Assembly (NCBI GenBank): GCA_002441395.1
Contig: DJVZ01000045.1
Coordinates: forward strand, 26,940-90,939
Direction of reading: 5' to 3'
DNA from: Spirochaetaceae bacterium UBA6243
GTDB taxonomy: Bacteria > Spirochaetota > Spirochaetia > Treponematales > Rectinemataceae
Length of the DNA: 64,000 nt
Part shown: positions 11,155 through 21,972 of the stretch, one piece after another
How the letters are laid out: every line of letters starts with the position of its first letter
Position numbering within the stretch: the first letter of the stretch is position 1
The notes under the pieces: generated by a model
What the model was told of the DNA's origin: nothing
What the model saw: the letters and a program-made list of their open reading frames with translations, nothing else
The model's database searches: none
Position numbers and translations under genes: made by a program

Positions 11155-13808
11155 GAAAGCTCCCGAATATACAGATCGAGCTTGGCGGCTTTTGCCGTGG
11201 AAACCGCAAGCTTGTCCTTCTCCTTTTCTACGATATCAGGCGGAGCGGAAGAAAGAAATGCGTCATTTGCAAGCTTGAATTCGAGTTTTGCGATGTAGGT
11301 TTTTTCTTTCTCCACCTCTTTCGAGAGGTGATCGACAAGCTTGGCGATATCGAGTAACCCGCGCACCTGCACATGTATGGTCGCGCCATTGCCCGCAAGG
11401 GAGACAGAACCTTCGCGGGAAGCGCCGCCGATCGACACCGAGGATGCGCCGGTAAGAAGGCTTATGAGAGCCGCATGCCCGCGAATGAATGCCGCATGGG
11501 CGAAGTCGCCGTCAAAGGCAAGATCGAGCGGAATGGAGACCTCGGGTGAAATCTGAAATTCGGATCGCAAGGTTCGCACAAGCGTGACAATCTCTTTTAG
11601 GGCTTCAAAATGTGTTTGAATGTCGGGCGATTCGCGCTCCTTGGTCCATTCGGGATAGCTGGCTGAAATGAGCCGCCCCTTGGCATTTGGCAGCATGCCA
11701 TAGATTTCTTCAGTCACAAAGGGAAGGAAAGGGTGCAGCAGCCTCAGCGATTCATCGAGCACCTTAAGGAGCACCGTCGTCGCGCGGTCCTTTTCTTTAT
11801 CGTCGTCCGATTTGGTCGAAAGTTTGGAAGCCTCGATATACCAGTCGCAAAAATCATCCCAGAAATAGGAATACGCAGTTTGAGCGGCATCGTTGAATCG
11901 CCAGGATTCGAGGGCCTGTCCTACGGTTTTCGCGGCTTCGTTGAGCCTGTGAAGGATCCAGCGGTCCGTATCGTTGTAGGTCAGCTCGCGCTCCGACAGG
12001 AACGCTCGTCCCTCCAGATTCATGAGGATGTAGCGTGAAGCGTTCCACACTTTGTTGGCGAATTTGCTGCCCATTTTAAAGCTGTCGCGGTCGAGGAGGA
12101 TGTCCTGACCTGCCGCACAGTTGTACGCAAGCGTGAATTTGAGGGCGTCGGCACCGTATTCCTCGACAATTTCGAGGGGATCGATGCCATTGCCGAGACT
12201 TTTGGACATTTTCCGGCCCTGTTTGTCGCGTATGAGGCCATGGATGCAGACCTCCCTGAAAGGGCTCTGTCCGGTGAACTCCATACCGGCCATTATCATG
12301 CGGGCCACCCAGAAAAAAATGATGTCGTAGCCGGTCACCAGGGCGCTTGTGGGATAGAAATAGCGGAGGTCCGCGGTGTCTTTCGGCCAGCCCAAGGTAC
12401 TGAAAGGCCACAGCCAGCTTGAAAACCAGGTGTCGAGCACATCTTCATCCTGGTAGATGTTGCCGGAACCGCACTGGGTGCAGACTGTCGGATCCTCGCG
12501 GCTCACTATCATCGCGCCGCAATCCTTGCAGTAGAACACCGGAATGCGGTGTCCCCACCAGAGCTGGCGGGAGATGCACCAGTCGCGGATGTTTTCAAGC
12601 CAGTGCCTGTAGGTGTGTTCCCACTTTTTGGGGAAGAAGACGACGTCGCCGTCCTGCCAGGCCTTGAGGGCCTTGTCGGCGAGCGGCTTCATGCGCACGA
12701 ACCACTGTTTCGAGAGATAGGGCTCGATGACAGTGTGGCAGCGGTAGCAATGTCCCACCGCGTGCGTGGTCTTCTCTTCGCCCTTGAGGAGGCCGAGTGT
12801 CTCGAGATCGGCGAGGACAGCCACGCGCGCGTCGAGCACTTTCATGCCTCGGTATTTTTCCGGCACGGCGTCGGAAAGGGTGGCGTCGGGATTGAGAATA
12901 TTGATGCGTTCAAGGCCATGGCGCTGGCCGACCAAAAAGTCGTTCGGGTCGTGTGCAGGCGTGATCTTCACGAGCCCCGTGCCGAATTCAGGATCGACAT
13001 AGCTGTCTTCGATGACCGGAATGACGCGATCGGTCAGAGGCAGACGCACTTTTTTGCCGATAATGGCCACATAGCGAGGATCATTGGGGTGGGCCGCAAC
13101 GGCAGTGTCGCCTAAAAGCGTCTCCGGGCGCGAGGTCGCGATCTCGATCCTGCCGCTCGGCCATTCGGGACAGGGACCGTCGACAAGTTCATACCAAATG
13201 TGCCACAGCGCGCCCGGTTCATCCTCGTGCTCAACCTCATCGTCCGAGAGGGCAGTGCCGCACGAAGGGCACCAGTTCACCAGGTATTCGCCGCGATAGA
13301 TCAGATTGCGCTCGTACAGCGTCACGAATACCTCGCGGACGGCGCGTGAAAGCCCCTCATCCAGCGTAAAGCGCTCCCTGCTCCAATCGACGCTCGCTCC
13401 GATTCGGGCGAGTTGGTTGTCGATGAACGCGCGGTGCTCCCTGGCCACTTTCCACGTTTCTTCGATGAAGGCCTCGCGCCCCAGAGACTCGCGGCTGCGG
13501 CCTTCCTTTCGCAGCTTGCGCTCCACGACATTCTGCGTGGCGATGCCCGCATGGTCGGTACCGGGCAGCCAGAGCGTGGGAATGCCCTTCATGCGCCTGT
13601 ACCGGATCTGTATATCCTGCAGACTGTTGTCGAGCGCATGTCCCAAGTGAAGGACACCGGTTACATTGGGAGGAGGAATTACAATGGTAAAAGGCCTTTT
13701 GTGCCTGTCTACTTTCGGCTGAAAATGGCCCTCGCTTTTCCACATTTCGTATATGCGCTGTTCGAACGACTTTGGGTCATAAGCCTTTGAAAGCTCCACC
13801 GATTTCAT
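11151..13808 (-). CDS. valS: Valine--tRNA ligase
   Basis: PPPNVTGVLHLGH, DWCISRQLWWGH and KMSKS motifs; C-terminal coiled coil; ATG 13808 with GGAGG SD. Confidence 0.97.
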   Translation of the reverse strand: MKSVELSKAYDPKSFEQRIYEMWKSEGHFQPKVDRHKRPFTIVIPPPNVTGVLHLGHALDNSLQDIQIRYRRMKGIPTLWLPGTDHAGIATQNVVERKLRKEGRSRESLGREAFIEETWKVAREHRAFIDNQLARIGASVDWSRERFTLDEGLSRAVREVFVTLYERNLIYRGEYLVNWCPSCGTALSDDEVEHEDEPGALWHIWYELVDGPCPEWPSGRIEIATSRPETLLGDTAVAAHPNDPRYVAIIGKKVRLPLTDRVIPVIEDSYVDPEFGTGLVKITPAHDPNDFLVGQRHGLERINILNPDATLSDAVPEKYRGMKVLDARVAVLADLETLGLLKGEEKTTHAVGHCYRCHTVIEPYLSKQWFVRMKPLADKALKAWQDGDVVFFPKKWEHTYRHWLENIRDWCISRQLWWGHRIPVFYCKDCGAMIVSREDPTVCTQCGSGNIYQDEDVLDTWFSSWLWPFSTLGWPKDTADLRYFYPTSALVTGYDIIFFWVARMIMAGMEFTGQSPFREVCIHGLIRDKQGRKMSKSLGNGIDPLEIVEEYGADALKFTLAYNCAAGQDILLDRDSFKMGSKFANKVWNASRYILMNLEGRAFLSERELTYNDTDRWILHRLNEAAKTVGQALESWRFNDAAQTAYSYFWDDFCDWYIEASKLSTKSDDDKEKDRATTVLLKVLDESLRLLHPFLPFVTEEIYGMLPNAKGRLISASYPEWTKERESPDIQTHFEALKEIVTLVRTLRSEFQISPEVSIPLDLAFDGDFAHAAFIRGHAALISLLTGASSVSIGGASREGSVSLAGNGATIHVQVRGLLDIAKLVDHLSKEVEKEKTYIAKLEFKLANDAFLSSAPPDIVEKEKDKLAVSTAKAAKLDLYIRELS

Positions 13809-13954
13809 GCTCCCCTCCACAATGCACAGAAAGTGCACAAAAGAATAGCGCAAAAACAGGCCTACCGGAAAGGGGGCGATAGTATTTTTACTTTAATAAG
13901 AAAATCGTACCCCCCTACTTTTCATCACAATGTTCTTGCAGCATAATAGTAAAT

Positions 13955-15658
13955 ATGAGAGAGACAGAACCTTGGAAATTTCTCGATGCGTATCGAGGTC
14001 GCGTTTTTTCGGATAAATGGCCTACACTTCCGCAACTCTTCGATATTACCGCGGAACGTTTCCCCGACAGCCCTTGTTTCACGGTGTATAGCCCCCAGAG
14101 AGTCAGTCTGACGTATAGAGAAGCCCGGACACTCATTGTCAATGTCGCGGCCCACCTAGGCTCGGTTGGCATCAAGCCTGGCACCCATGTCGCCGTGACC
14201 GGCAAGAATTCGCCGGAATGGGCTATTGCATTTATCGCCGTTCTGTACACGGGAGCCGTCGTCGTCCCCATCGATTATCAGCTCTCCACCCAGGAAATTA
14301 TCACCTTGATAAAAGCAGGGGATGTGATGGCAGCCTTCATCGATGAAGAAAAGTTCGAGGAAATCCAGAAAGAATTCCACGACATGCCCTGCTTTGCCCT
14401 CACAAAAAAAGCGGGGAATTATATCTACGACATGACCCCGCCCCAAGGGTTCAAATTTGAGCAGCCTCCCGTGAAGATGCAGAGCACTGCCGCCATTCTG
14501 TTCACATCAGGCACAACAGGCGTCCCCAAGGGCGTGATGCTGAGCCACGAAAATTTTGTTTCGGATTGTTTCTTCGCACAATCGAATCTCAATATTTTGC
14601 ACGAGGATGTGTTCTACGCGCTGCTGCCGATCCATCATTCCTACACGATGCTCGCGGTGTTCATCGAATCGCTCTCGGTCGGCGCCGAGCTGGTCTTCGG
14701 CAAGCGCATGGTCGTCAAGCAAATCCTCTCAGACCTGAAAGCAGCAAAGGTCACGATGTTTCTCGGCGTGCCGATGCTGTTCAATAAACTCCTCGCCGGC
14801 ATCATGAAGGGTGTGAAAGAAAAGGGCGCGTTTACGTATGCCCTGATCCGGACCATGATGGCCATCTCGGGATTCATCAAGAAAGCCTTCGGCGTAAACC
14901 CCGGGAGGAGCCTGTTCCATTCCGTGCTGGAAAAAGCGAGCCTTTCTTCGATTCGAATTTGCATTTCGGGTGGCGGGCCGCTCGACCCGAAGGTTTTCCG
15001 TCAATACAACGAACTCGGCATCGATTTTGTCCAGGGCTATGGACTCACGGAGACCTCGCCGATTCTCACCCTCAATCCGGTCGAGCACTATAAAGAGACT
15101 TCTGTCGGTAAAATTCTCCCCGGCGTCGAAATTCGCATCGAAAATCCAGACGAAGATGGCATCGGAGAAATTGTCGTCCGTGGGTCCATGGTGATGCAGG
15201 GCTATTACAAGATGCCCGAAGAAACAGCCCAGGTGCTCTCCGAAGATGGCTGGCTCAGCACAGGCGACCTCGGGAAGCTGGACAAGGAAAATTATCTCTA
15301 TCTTGCGGGGAGAATCAAAAACCTTATCGTCACCGAGGGCGGCAAAAACGTCTATCCCGAAGAGATAGAGAACGAGTTCCAGCTCTATGATGAAATCGAT
15401 CAGATACTTGTACGCGGCTACAATCCTGAGGGCAAATCGGTCGCGGAAGAAATCGAGGCGCTGATCTATCCGAATCAGGACTGGATTTCGCAAAACCGTC
15501 TTATGCCAAATCAGATTGAGGCGCGCATTCAGGACATCATCACCGAGGTAAATCAAAGGCTGCGGCCCTATCAGAAGATAAGCAGGACGCACATCCTCAA
15601 GGAACCGCTCGAGATGACTACTACCAAAAAACTCAAGCGTCAGAGCGCCAAAATATAA
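13955..15658 (+). CDS. Long-chain fatty acid--CoA ligase (AMP-binding family)
   Basis: FTSGTTGVPKG, QGYGLTETSP, TGDLG and GGKNVYPEEIE motifs. Confidence 0.9.
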   Translation: MRETEPWKFLDAYRGRVFSDKWPTLPQLFDITAERFPDSPCFTVYSPQRVSLTYREARTLIVNVAAHLGSVGIKPGTHVAVTGKNSPEWAIAFIAVLYTGAVVVPIDYQLSTQEIITLIKAGDVMAAFIDEEKFEEIQKEFHDMPCFALTKKAGNYIYDMTPPQGFKFEQPPVKMQSTAAILFTSGTTGVPKGVMLSHENFVSDCFFAQSNLNILHEDVFYALLPIHHSYTMLAVFIESLSVGAELVFGKRMVVKQILSDLKAAKVTMFLGVPMLFNKLLAGIMKGVKEKGAFTYALIRTMMAISGFIKKAFGVNPGRSLFHSVLEKASLSSIRICISGGGPLDPKVFRQYNELGIDFVQGYGLTETSPILTLNPVEHYKETSVGKILPGVEIRIENPDEDGIGEIVVRGSMVMQGYYKMPEETAQVLSEDGWLSTGDLGKLDKENYLYLAGRIKNLIVTEGGKNVYPEEIENEFQLYDEIDQILVRGYNPEGKSVAEEIEALIYPNQDWISQNRLMPNQIEARIQDIITEVNQRLRPYQKISRTHILKEPLEMTTTKKLKRQSAKI

Positions 15659-15686
15659 AAAAGGGGGCGCCCCCCGGGCGCCCCCT
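15657..15686. terminator. Intrinsic terminator between convergent genes (U-tract on the minus strand)
   Basis: AGGGGGCGCC/GGCGCCCCCT stem with an A6 run on its left. Confidence 0.8.
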
Positions 15687-15719
15687 CGCTTTATCCCCTA
15701 TTCCCTACCGCCAGGCATC

Positions 15720-16979
15720 TCATTCTTTTCTCAACACCGTGACGCAGTTCGTGACGCTTGAGCCGCCGACATTGAAAGTGACACCGACTGTCGGCTGCTT
15801 CTTCGCAGGCACCGCGCCGATGGGCTGGCCGACGAGCTGCTTGTAGACGAGCGCGTGCATCGAGACGCCCGTCGCGCCGACGGGATGTCCCTTCGCCTTG
15901 AGCCCCCCGGAGAGATTGATCGGGCAGTGCCCGTCGTCGCGGGTGAACCGGCCTTCCATGTAATCGTAGCCAGCACGGCCATCGGCGGAGAGTCCAAGCG
16001 CTTCGGTGCTCAGAAGCTGATTGATCGTAAAGCAGTCGTGCACCTCGGCCAGATCGACATCCGCGATCGTAATGCCCGCCTCCGCGAATGCCTGCTGCAC
16101 CGCCCGCTTGCCGGCCATGAGTTCGTACATATTAGGGCGCACCGAGATGGGAAGGCGCTCGTTGACATGGGCGAGACCTGCCACTTTGACCGCCTTTTCC
16201 GATTTGGCAAGTGAGAGGTCGTCGCGCACGAGCACGATAGCGGCGGCGCCGTCGGTGACGAGCGAGCAGTCGTGCAGCCGCAAGGGTTCGGCGATCATCG
16301 GATTCTTTTCGTCGGGAAGTGCGAGAATCGCCTCTGCGGTCATGAGGCCGAGACGGTCTGCGACACCGCCTCTGCCAAAATGCGCAAGGGGGTTGTCGAT
16401 GCCATTTCGGTAATTGAGTGCCGAAACGGTGGCGAGCATTTCCGCGAGCATCGGACGGTCAAATCCATATTGGGCGGCATAGCCTTTGGCATATTCGGCG
16501 AACAAGCCTGGAAAGGTATAGCCTTTGGCTCCTTCTTCCGGCCAGTAAGAACAGGTGGCAAGCGCATGCGTCACGCCTTTTGTATCGAGAAGGTTCATTT
16601 TTTCGACGCCAAGCACCAGAGCGACCTTCGCCCGCCCCGATTCCAGCGCATAGAGCGCGCTGTATACCGCAACCGAGCCCGATGAGCAGGCATCCTCGCA
16701 GCGATACGTCGGTTTGAAACGCAGGGCATCAGGCGCGATCTCTGGCGCGAACGCCGCAAGATGCTCCTGATTTGCGAAGATGCCGGGAGCGCAGGAGCCA
16801 ACCCAGACACCATCGATGTCTTTCGGATCGATACCCGCGTCGGAGATCGCTCCCCTGCCCGCTTCGAGCATAAGATCGTAGATCGACTTCAGATCGGTGA
16901 CTTCGCCAGTCTCTTTGTTCTTCTTCACAAAGTTTCCAAATTGAGTGTTGTAAGCGCCGATAATGCTGACTTTCGCCAT
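15720..16979 (-). CDS. Thiolase, SCP2/SCP-x type (acetyl-CoA acyltransferase family)
   Basis: EDACSSG (catalytic Cys), DCSLVTDGAAA, EVHDCFT and KGHPVGATG motifs. Confidence 0.88.
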   Translation of the reverse strand: MAKVSIIGAYNTQFGNFVKKNKETGEVTDLKSIYDLMLEAGRGAISDAGIDPKDIDGVWVGSCAPGIFANQEHLAAFAPEIAPDALRFKPTYRCEDACSSGSVAVYSALYALESGRAKVALVLGVEKMNLLDTKGVTHALATCSYWPEEGAKGYTFPGLFAEYAKGYAAQYGFDRPMLAEMLATVSALNYRNGIDNPLAHFGRGGVADRLGLMTAEAILALPDEKNPMIAEPLRLHDCSLVTDGAAAIVLVRDDLSLAKSEKAVKVAGLAHVNERLPISVRPNMYELMAGKRAVQQAFAEAGITIADVDLAEVHDCFTINQLLSTEALGLSADGRAGYDYMEGRFTRDDGHCPINLSGGLKAKGHPVGATGVSMHALVYKQLVGQPIGAVPAKKQPTVGVTFNVGGSSVTNCVTVLRKE

Positions 16980-17021
16980 GAAAGTTCCTCCTTATAGAGT
17001 ATCCTGTGAATTTTTACGGAT

Positions 17022-17807
17022 TTATTTTTTGCAGATGCCTTGTTCCGCGAGGAAATCCCGGAAAATCTGCAGGAAAAGGACCGGGTTTTCCACAGTGACC
17101 GAATGACCCACCCCCTCCAGCGTCACAAGCTTGGCGTGCCTGTAGGCTCCGGCCGTCGCCCGCGCCATTTCATCGGTAATGATCGGGTCGAGAGTGCCAC
17201 GCATTACGAGGACCTGTCCCTCGTACTCGGCACATCTCGAGGTGATATCGAAGTGGGAAAGTGCTTCCGCATTGCCAATCCACGCAGGAGGAGCCATTTT
17301 TTGTGCATCATCGACAATTGTTTTAAACAATGCGTCATCCTTGAGTGTGGGCACAGTCGCTTTAAGGGCCTGTTCGAGCACCGCCCGATTGGTCCTCATG
17401 AGCTCGATGACAGGATGGCGATCTTTAGGCGTTACAAGACCATTCGGCGCACCCGAATCGACGAGGACCATTGCCTTCACAAGGCCCGGCCGTTCAAGCG
17501 CGAGGGCCTGCACGACACAGCCTCCCAGCGAATGCCCGACCACAACCGCTTCTTTTATGCCTTTTAAATCCATAAAACCAGCGACGTACGCAGCATAGCG
17601 TTGAATGCTGATATCTCCGTCGAGAGGCGAAGACTGACCGAAGTTTGGCATATCGATGGCGACAGCTCTGCATCCCGGCACATCCATCACGGGCCTGAAC
17701 CAAACCGAGGAGCCGGTGTTGCCATGAACATAGACCACCGGTACACCCTTCCCGGCTGTCACAAAAAATATTGAAACTCCAATCACCGCAGCGAAACCGC
17801 TTGCCAT
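17022..17807 (-). CDS. Alpha/beta hydrolase (esterase/oligomer-depolymerase-like)
   Basis: VHGN oxyanion motif, GHSLGG nucleophile elbow, GTLD and GVGH; ATG 17807 with GGAGG. Confidence 0.85.
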   Translation of the reverse strand: MASGFAAVIGVSIFFVTAGKGVPVVYVHGNTGSSVWFRPVMDVPGCRAVAIDMPNFGQSSPLDGDISIQRYAAYVAGFMDLKGIKEAVVVGHSLGGCVVQALALERPGLVKAMVLVDSGAPNGLVTPKDRHPVIELMRTNRAVLEQALKATVPTLKDDALFKTIVDDAQKMAPPAWIGNAEALSHFDITSRCAEYEGQVLVMRGTLDPIITDEMARATAGAYRHAKLVTLEGVGHSVTVENPVLFLQIFRDFLAEQGICKK

Positions 17808-18592
17808 ATTTCCTCCGCACACAGCGCAGGCCGCTCGATCACCACCGCATGGCCCGCGTCTGGAATGACATGCATCACCGCACCAGGAATGTTCCGGGCG
17901 ATGATCTCCGAAAAACCCCTATGCTTGAGAATATCTTTTTCACCAACCAGCACCGTCGCGGGGCATGATATCTGCTTCAGCCTCTGCGTCTGGTTGATCT
18001 TTAAAAAAGCTTTGCACAGCTCGACAAAAGCCGCAAACCATTCTGCCGGCAGAGCAGCCATCCCATCTTCCCGCGCAGTCAGCATATCCCTGTGGGCGGC
18101 GATATAATTCGAGGAATATGTCCAGGGAAGCATTGTCTTATAGAACAGACGGGCATCTTTTCTGGCAGCTTCCATCCACGAGACTACCGCTGCTTCCAAA
18201 ACCGGGTCGAGTTCGCTCACTCCATCAATCACTACAAGCGACGCACATCGTTCTGGATACAGCATTGCGAATTCCATCGCCACTTCGGAGCCGTAGGAAG
18301 TCCCCACGATGTGCCCTCTCTCAATATGCAGGGCATCCATGAGATCGACGAGGTCTTTGGCATGCATGGCGAGCGAATATGGCCCTGCGGGTTTGCCGCT
18401 GAGGGTCTGTCCCCGAAAATCATGGCTCAGACAACACGTTCCGGCAGGCAGCGCCGCAATGAGCGGTTTCCAATGCGAAATCGACATCGCGATGCCATTC
18501 AAAAGGACAATTGGCGCCTTAAGAACACCAACATCGCACTCGCCAGACAGCTCATAGACGATCCGAACGCCATTGACCATCATCTCTGCCAT
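17783..18592 (-). CDS. Alpha/beta hydrolase (PcaD/enol-lactonase-like)
   Basis: LLNG, DFRGQ, GTSYGS, GEKD and DAGH motifs. Confidence 0.85.
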   Translation of the reverse strand: MAEMMVNGVRIVYELSGECDVGVLKAPIVLLNGIAMSISHWKPLIAALPAGTCCLSHDFRGQTLSGKPAGPYSLAMHAKDLVDLMDALHIERGHIVGTSYGSEVAMEFAMLYPERCASLVVIDGVSELDPVLEAAVVSWMEAARKDARLFYKTMLPWTYSSNYIAAHRDMLTAREDGMAALPAEWFAAFVELCKAFLKINQTQRLKQISCPATVLVGEKDILKHRGFSEIIARNIPGAVMHVIPDAGHAVVIERPALCAEEIWQAVSLR

Positions 18593-18604
18593 TGCGATAC
18601 TTTC

Positions 18605-19306
18605 CTACAGTCCCAAATATGATTTGATGACAAACGGGTTCGTTCTGAGCCCCTCTGCACTATCCTCGAGCACAATGCGGCCATTTTCGAGCACACAACC
18701 CCGGTCGATCGCCTTCAGACTTTCGCGTACATTTTGCTCGGCGACTAAGATCGATACCGAGCTCTTCAGCCCTTTCAGCACCTCGAACACTTCCGCGACG
18801 ATCGATGGCTGCAAGCCAAGCGATGGTTCATCAAGAATCAGAAGTCCGGGCTTTGACATGAGCGCCCTCCCGATGGCCAACATTCTCTGCTGGCCCCCGG
18901 ACATGGTGCCGGCATACTGCGTGCGTCTTTCTTTCAGTATGGGGAAAAGCGCGAAAACTTTTTCCAGCTGATTGGGGATGTCATCCTTTGCGTGGGGAAT
19001 GTACGCGGCGCCGAGCACCAGGTTGTCCTCGACGGACATGCCTGGGAAAAGCTCCCTCTCCTGTGGGACAAGAGCTACTCCCATTCTTGCGATGGTATGT
19101 GTTTCCGCACCTTCTATTCTCTTGCCATCGAGTTCGATGCTACCTTTCCATGGCTTTATCATACCCATAACGGTAGCAATTAAAGTCGATTTCCCCGCAC
19201 CATTGGGGCCAAACAATCCTACGGATTCGGCGCCGACCGCAAAATTCACCCCATCGATCACTTTCATCCGGCCATAGCCGCATTCGAGATTCTGTATTGT
19301 GAGCAT
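18605..19306 (-). CDS. HAAT (Liv-type) ABC transporter ATP-binding protein, LivF-like
   Basis: GPNGAGKST, MSGGQQRMLAIGRALM and LDEPSLGL motifs. Confidence 0.92.
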   Translation of the reverse strand: MLTIQNLECGYGRMKVIDGVNFAVGAESVGLFGPNGAGKSTLIATVMGMIKPWKGSIELDGKRIEGAETHTIARMGVALVPQERELFPGMSVEDNLVLGAAYIPHAKDDIPNQLEKVFALFPILKERRTQYAGTMSGGQQRMLAIGRALMSKPGLLILDEPSLGLQPSIVAEVFEVLKGLKSSVSILVAEQNVRESLKAIDRGCVLENGRIVLEDSAEGLRTNPFVIKSYLGL

Positions 19307-20028
19307 TAGGCGGCTCCTCCTCCGAGATAGGCTTCGATGACTCGAGGGTTCTTGGATACGTCTTCGTATTTGCCTTCCGCAATCAGTTCACCGGCCTCGA
19401 GCACGATCACCCGGTGCGTCAGTTCCCGGATAACGCCCATGACGTGCTCAACGACGCCCACCGCAAGGTGCCGCTCCTGAGCAATTTTCTGTACCATCGC
19501 AATGATATCCTTCGTTTCATCCGCATTGAGCCCGGCCATGACTTCATCTAAAAACAGCACTTCCGGCTCATTGGCGAGCGCCCTCGCAATTTCCATTTTT
19601 TTTATTTCGAGAATGGTGAGCCGACTTGTGTCTCTGTCCAGGCCTGTAAGGCCGAGTTCCTGGCAGAGCGCTTCGGCCCTGCGGCGAGCTTCTTTCAACC
19701 CGTTACCCTTTGCAAAAATCGATCCAACCATGACATTCTCTATCAATGTGAGGTTTTCCAGAGGATGAATCAGTTGATACGTCCGGGCTATCCCCATTCG
19801 GGCGCGCTCATGCGCCGGTATATAGGTGATGTCCTGGCCCTTGTATTCAATGAGCCCTTCGCTTGGCATGATGATTCCCGAGATGAGATTTATGAAGGTC
19901 GTCTTTCCCGCGCCGTTCGGGCCGATAATGCCAAGGATCTCGCCTTCTTCCATCGAGAATGAGACATTGTTCACCGCGACAAGACCCAGGAAACGCCTCG
20001 TAAGGTTTTCTGTTTTCAGCTTGCTCAT
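19306..20028 (-). CDS. HAAT ABC transporter ATP-binding protein, LivG-like
   Basis: GPNGAGKTT, LDEVMAGL, VEHVM and C-terminal VIEAYLG motifs. Confidence 0.92.
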   Translation of the reverse strand: MSKLKTENLTRRFLGLVAVNNVSFSMEEGEILGIIGPNGAGKTTFINLISGIIMPSEGLIEYKGQDITYIPAHERARMGIARTYQLIHPLENLTLIENVMVGSIFAKGNGLKEARRRAEALCQELGLTGLDRDTSRLTILEIKKMEIARALANEPEVLFLDEVMAGLNADETKDIIAMVQKIAQERHLAVGVVEHVMGVIRELTHRVIVLEAGELIAEGKYEDVSKNPRVIEAYLGGGAA

Positions 20029-20963
20029 GCGCTCCTCCTGTCAGTCTTGTTCGCTGGCTGTCGCACAAGCTGCTTTAGACCCTGAGGCATGAAGAGGATG
20101 ACGATGATGATGATGATTCCGTACACCACGAGGTGACCATAAGGTATCTTCAGTTTAAGCCACTCTGAAACAAGCCCGAGGAGGATAGCACCAAATATCG
20201 GCCCCCTTGTGCTGTACACGCCGCCCAACAGAGCCATTGCGAGAGGCAGAAGGGTAAAATCAGCACTGAACACCGTATCTGGCGTTGCAAATCCGTACGA
20301 TTGGACAAAAATGCCACCCAGCAGTCCCTGGATGGCGGAGGTCACGACAAAAGCAAGAAGCAGCCAGCGGAATATGTTCACTCCTGAAGATTTTGCCGAA
20401 ATTTCATTGTTGCGAATCGCGGTGAGCGCAAAGTGTATCTTGCTCTTTTCAAACCAATAGGAAGCCGCTATAGCCACCGCCAAACCTGCAAGAGTAAGCC
20501 AGTACAGCTTACCGGCACTGCCTCCAAAGATGACGCCCTGCTGCATGACCACGCCTTCCGGGCCACCGGTAAAATCATGCAGATTGTGGATTATGATCCT
20601 GAAGATTTCACCGAGGGCGAGCGTGACAATCGAAAAATACATTGCCCTTAAGCGCAAGATAAGAAATCCAATGGCAAATGCCACAACACCTGAAAAAATT
20701 GCCGCAAAAATTATCGAAAACCAGGCAGGCATCCCCGCACGGATAACGCCGAGGATTGCCGCATACGCTCCCACGCCAAAGAGGCCGGCTATACCGAAGG
20801 AAATCTGTCCGGAGCGGAGCAGCATATCCCAGGTAATTGCCAAAGCCATGTACAGCATGATATTGCGCGCAACCTGCAGCGGATAATCTCCCGCAAAAAG
20901 GGGCAATGCAATTGCAAGTATTCCAAAGAGCGCCGCGAAAATGCGAGATACATTGCGATTCAT
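20025..20963 (-). CDS. HAAT ABC transporter permease, LivM-like
   Basis: GQISFG, YFSIVTLALGE, TGGPEG and AIRNNE motifs; ATG 20963 overlaps the upstream stop. Confidence 0.9.
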   Translation of the reverse strand: MNRNVSRIFAALFGILAIALPLFAGDYPLQVARNIMLYMALAITWDMLLRSGQISFGIAGLFGVGAYAAILGVIRAGMPAWFSIIFAAIFSGVVAFAIGFLILRLRAMYFSIVTLALGEIFRIIIHNLHDFTGGPEGVVMQQGVIFGGSAGKLYWLTLAGLAVAIAASYWFEKSKIHFALTAIRNNEISAKSSGVNIFRWLLLAFVVTSAIQGLLGGIFVQSYGFATPDTVFSADFTLLPLAMALLGGVYSTRGPIFGAILLGLVSEWLKLKIPYGHLVVYGIIIIIVILFMPQGLKQLVRQPANKTDRRSA

Positions 20964-21883
20964 GACTTTCTTCCTTTCAGGGAGCGCCCCACTATGACGA
21001 CAATGATCAAAACAAAGAATACAATCTCTGCCCAATCCCGGGTTGGACGGAAGGCTCTCAGGAAATTCTCCGCGACCCCCAGAAGCACGCTTGCACCAAG
21101 TATGCCAGGTATATTGCCGACACCAGCCATTGCGATAAGGCAGAAACTCTTCATTGTAAATGGCGTGCCAACACCGGGGAAAATTGCCGATTTTGTAAGG
21201 AAAAGCGCTCCCATAGCGCCAACGAGCGCCATCGCAAGCGCAAATACAAGGCCATACGTCCGATAGACATCAATGCCGACAATCGCGGCGCCTCGCGGAT
21301 TCTGGCCGACTGCGAGGGCTGCTTTGCCTGTCGTCGTTTTCGTAAGGAAAAATTGAAGTCCATACGTATACACGATCGCTACGGCCACAAAGACAAAAGA
21401 CCAGGTTCCAAACGTTATGTCTCCGATATCCATGGACGCGGAGACATAATCGAGCGGTATTTTATAGGTCTGGGAAGTAAAGATCAGGTTGATGGTCTGG
21501 GTAAACGCAATTGCAAGTCCAAAGGTGAGGATGAGTTGATTCAGTTCAGGGCCTTTGAGCGCTCTCCGAATCGTCAATTGGAATATAACCCAGCCAAAGA
21601 TCGCGGTAACAATAGCCGTAGGAATTATCGCCAGCAGTGGGTCCATACCCAAGGCCTTGCATGCGGAATATGCGGCGTATGCTGCGACCATCATAAACTC
21701 GCCATGAGAAAGATTTACGATATGGACAATGCCAAGAACCAGTCCCATCGGAATGGCGACAGCTGCATAGAGGCCGGCGGCCTGCAATCCATAAATAAGA
21801 ACCGTTGGTTTCCATAGAATAAGTGCGATTGTAGCCGCTATGCTCATCGCGGCGATGATCGCTGTACGTCGTTTTACTACCAT
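20960..21883 (-). CDS. HAAT ABC transporter permease, LivH-like
   Basis: IVNLSHGEFMM, TTTGKA..AVGQN and AGVGNIPG motifs. Confidence 0.9.
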   Translation of the reverse strand: MVVKRRTAIIAAMSIAATIALILWKPTVLIYGLQAAGLYAAVAIPMGLVLGIVHIVNLSHGEFMMVAAYAAYSACKALGMDPLLAIIPTAIVTAIFGWVIFQLTIRRALKGPELNQLILTFGLAIAFTQTINLIFTSQTYKIPLDYVSASMDIGDITFGTWSFVFVAVAIVYTYGLQFFLTKTTTGKAALAVGQNPRGAAIVGIDVYRTYGLVFALAMALVGAMGALFLTKSAIFPGVGTPFTMKSFCLIAMAGVGNIPGILGASVLLGVAENFLRAFRPTRDWAEIVFFVLIIVVIVGRSLKGRKS

Positions 21884-21972
21884 CTTGACTGCCTGTATGC
21901 TTAGACTATGCCGCCGCAGGGCAACGCATCTCGCGCTTTCCTACGGCGGACTTCATAATTTTATTAATTAAG

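Noticed and set aside
13809..13954. T-box leader upstream of valS (also checked for ileS and serS)
   Set aside because: The leaders are too short, and I found no T-box consensus or terminator/antiterminator.
21909..21948. Stem-loop between the SBP gene and livH
   Set aside because: Ordinary mRNA-stabilising or attenuating hairpin after a binding-protein gene, and not repeated elsewhere.
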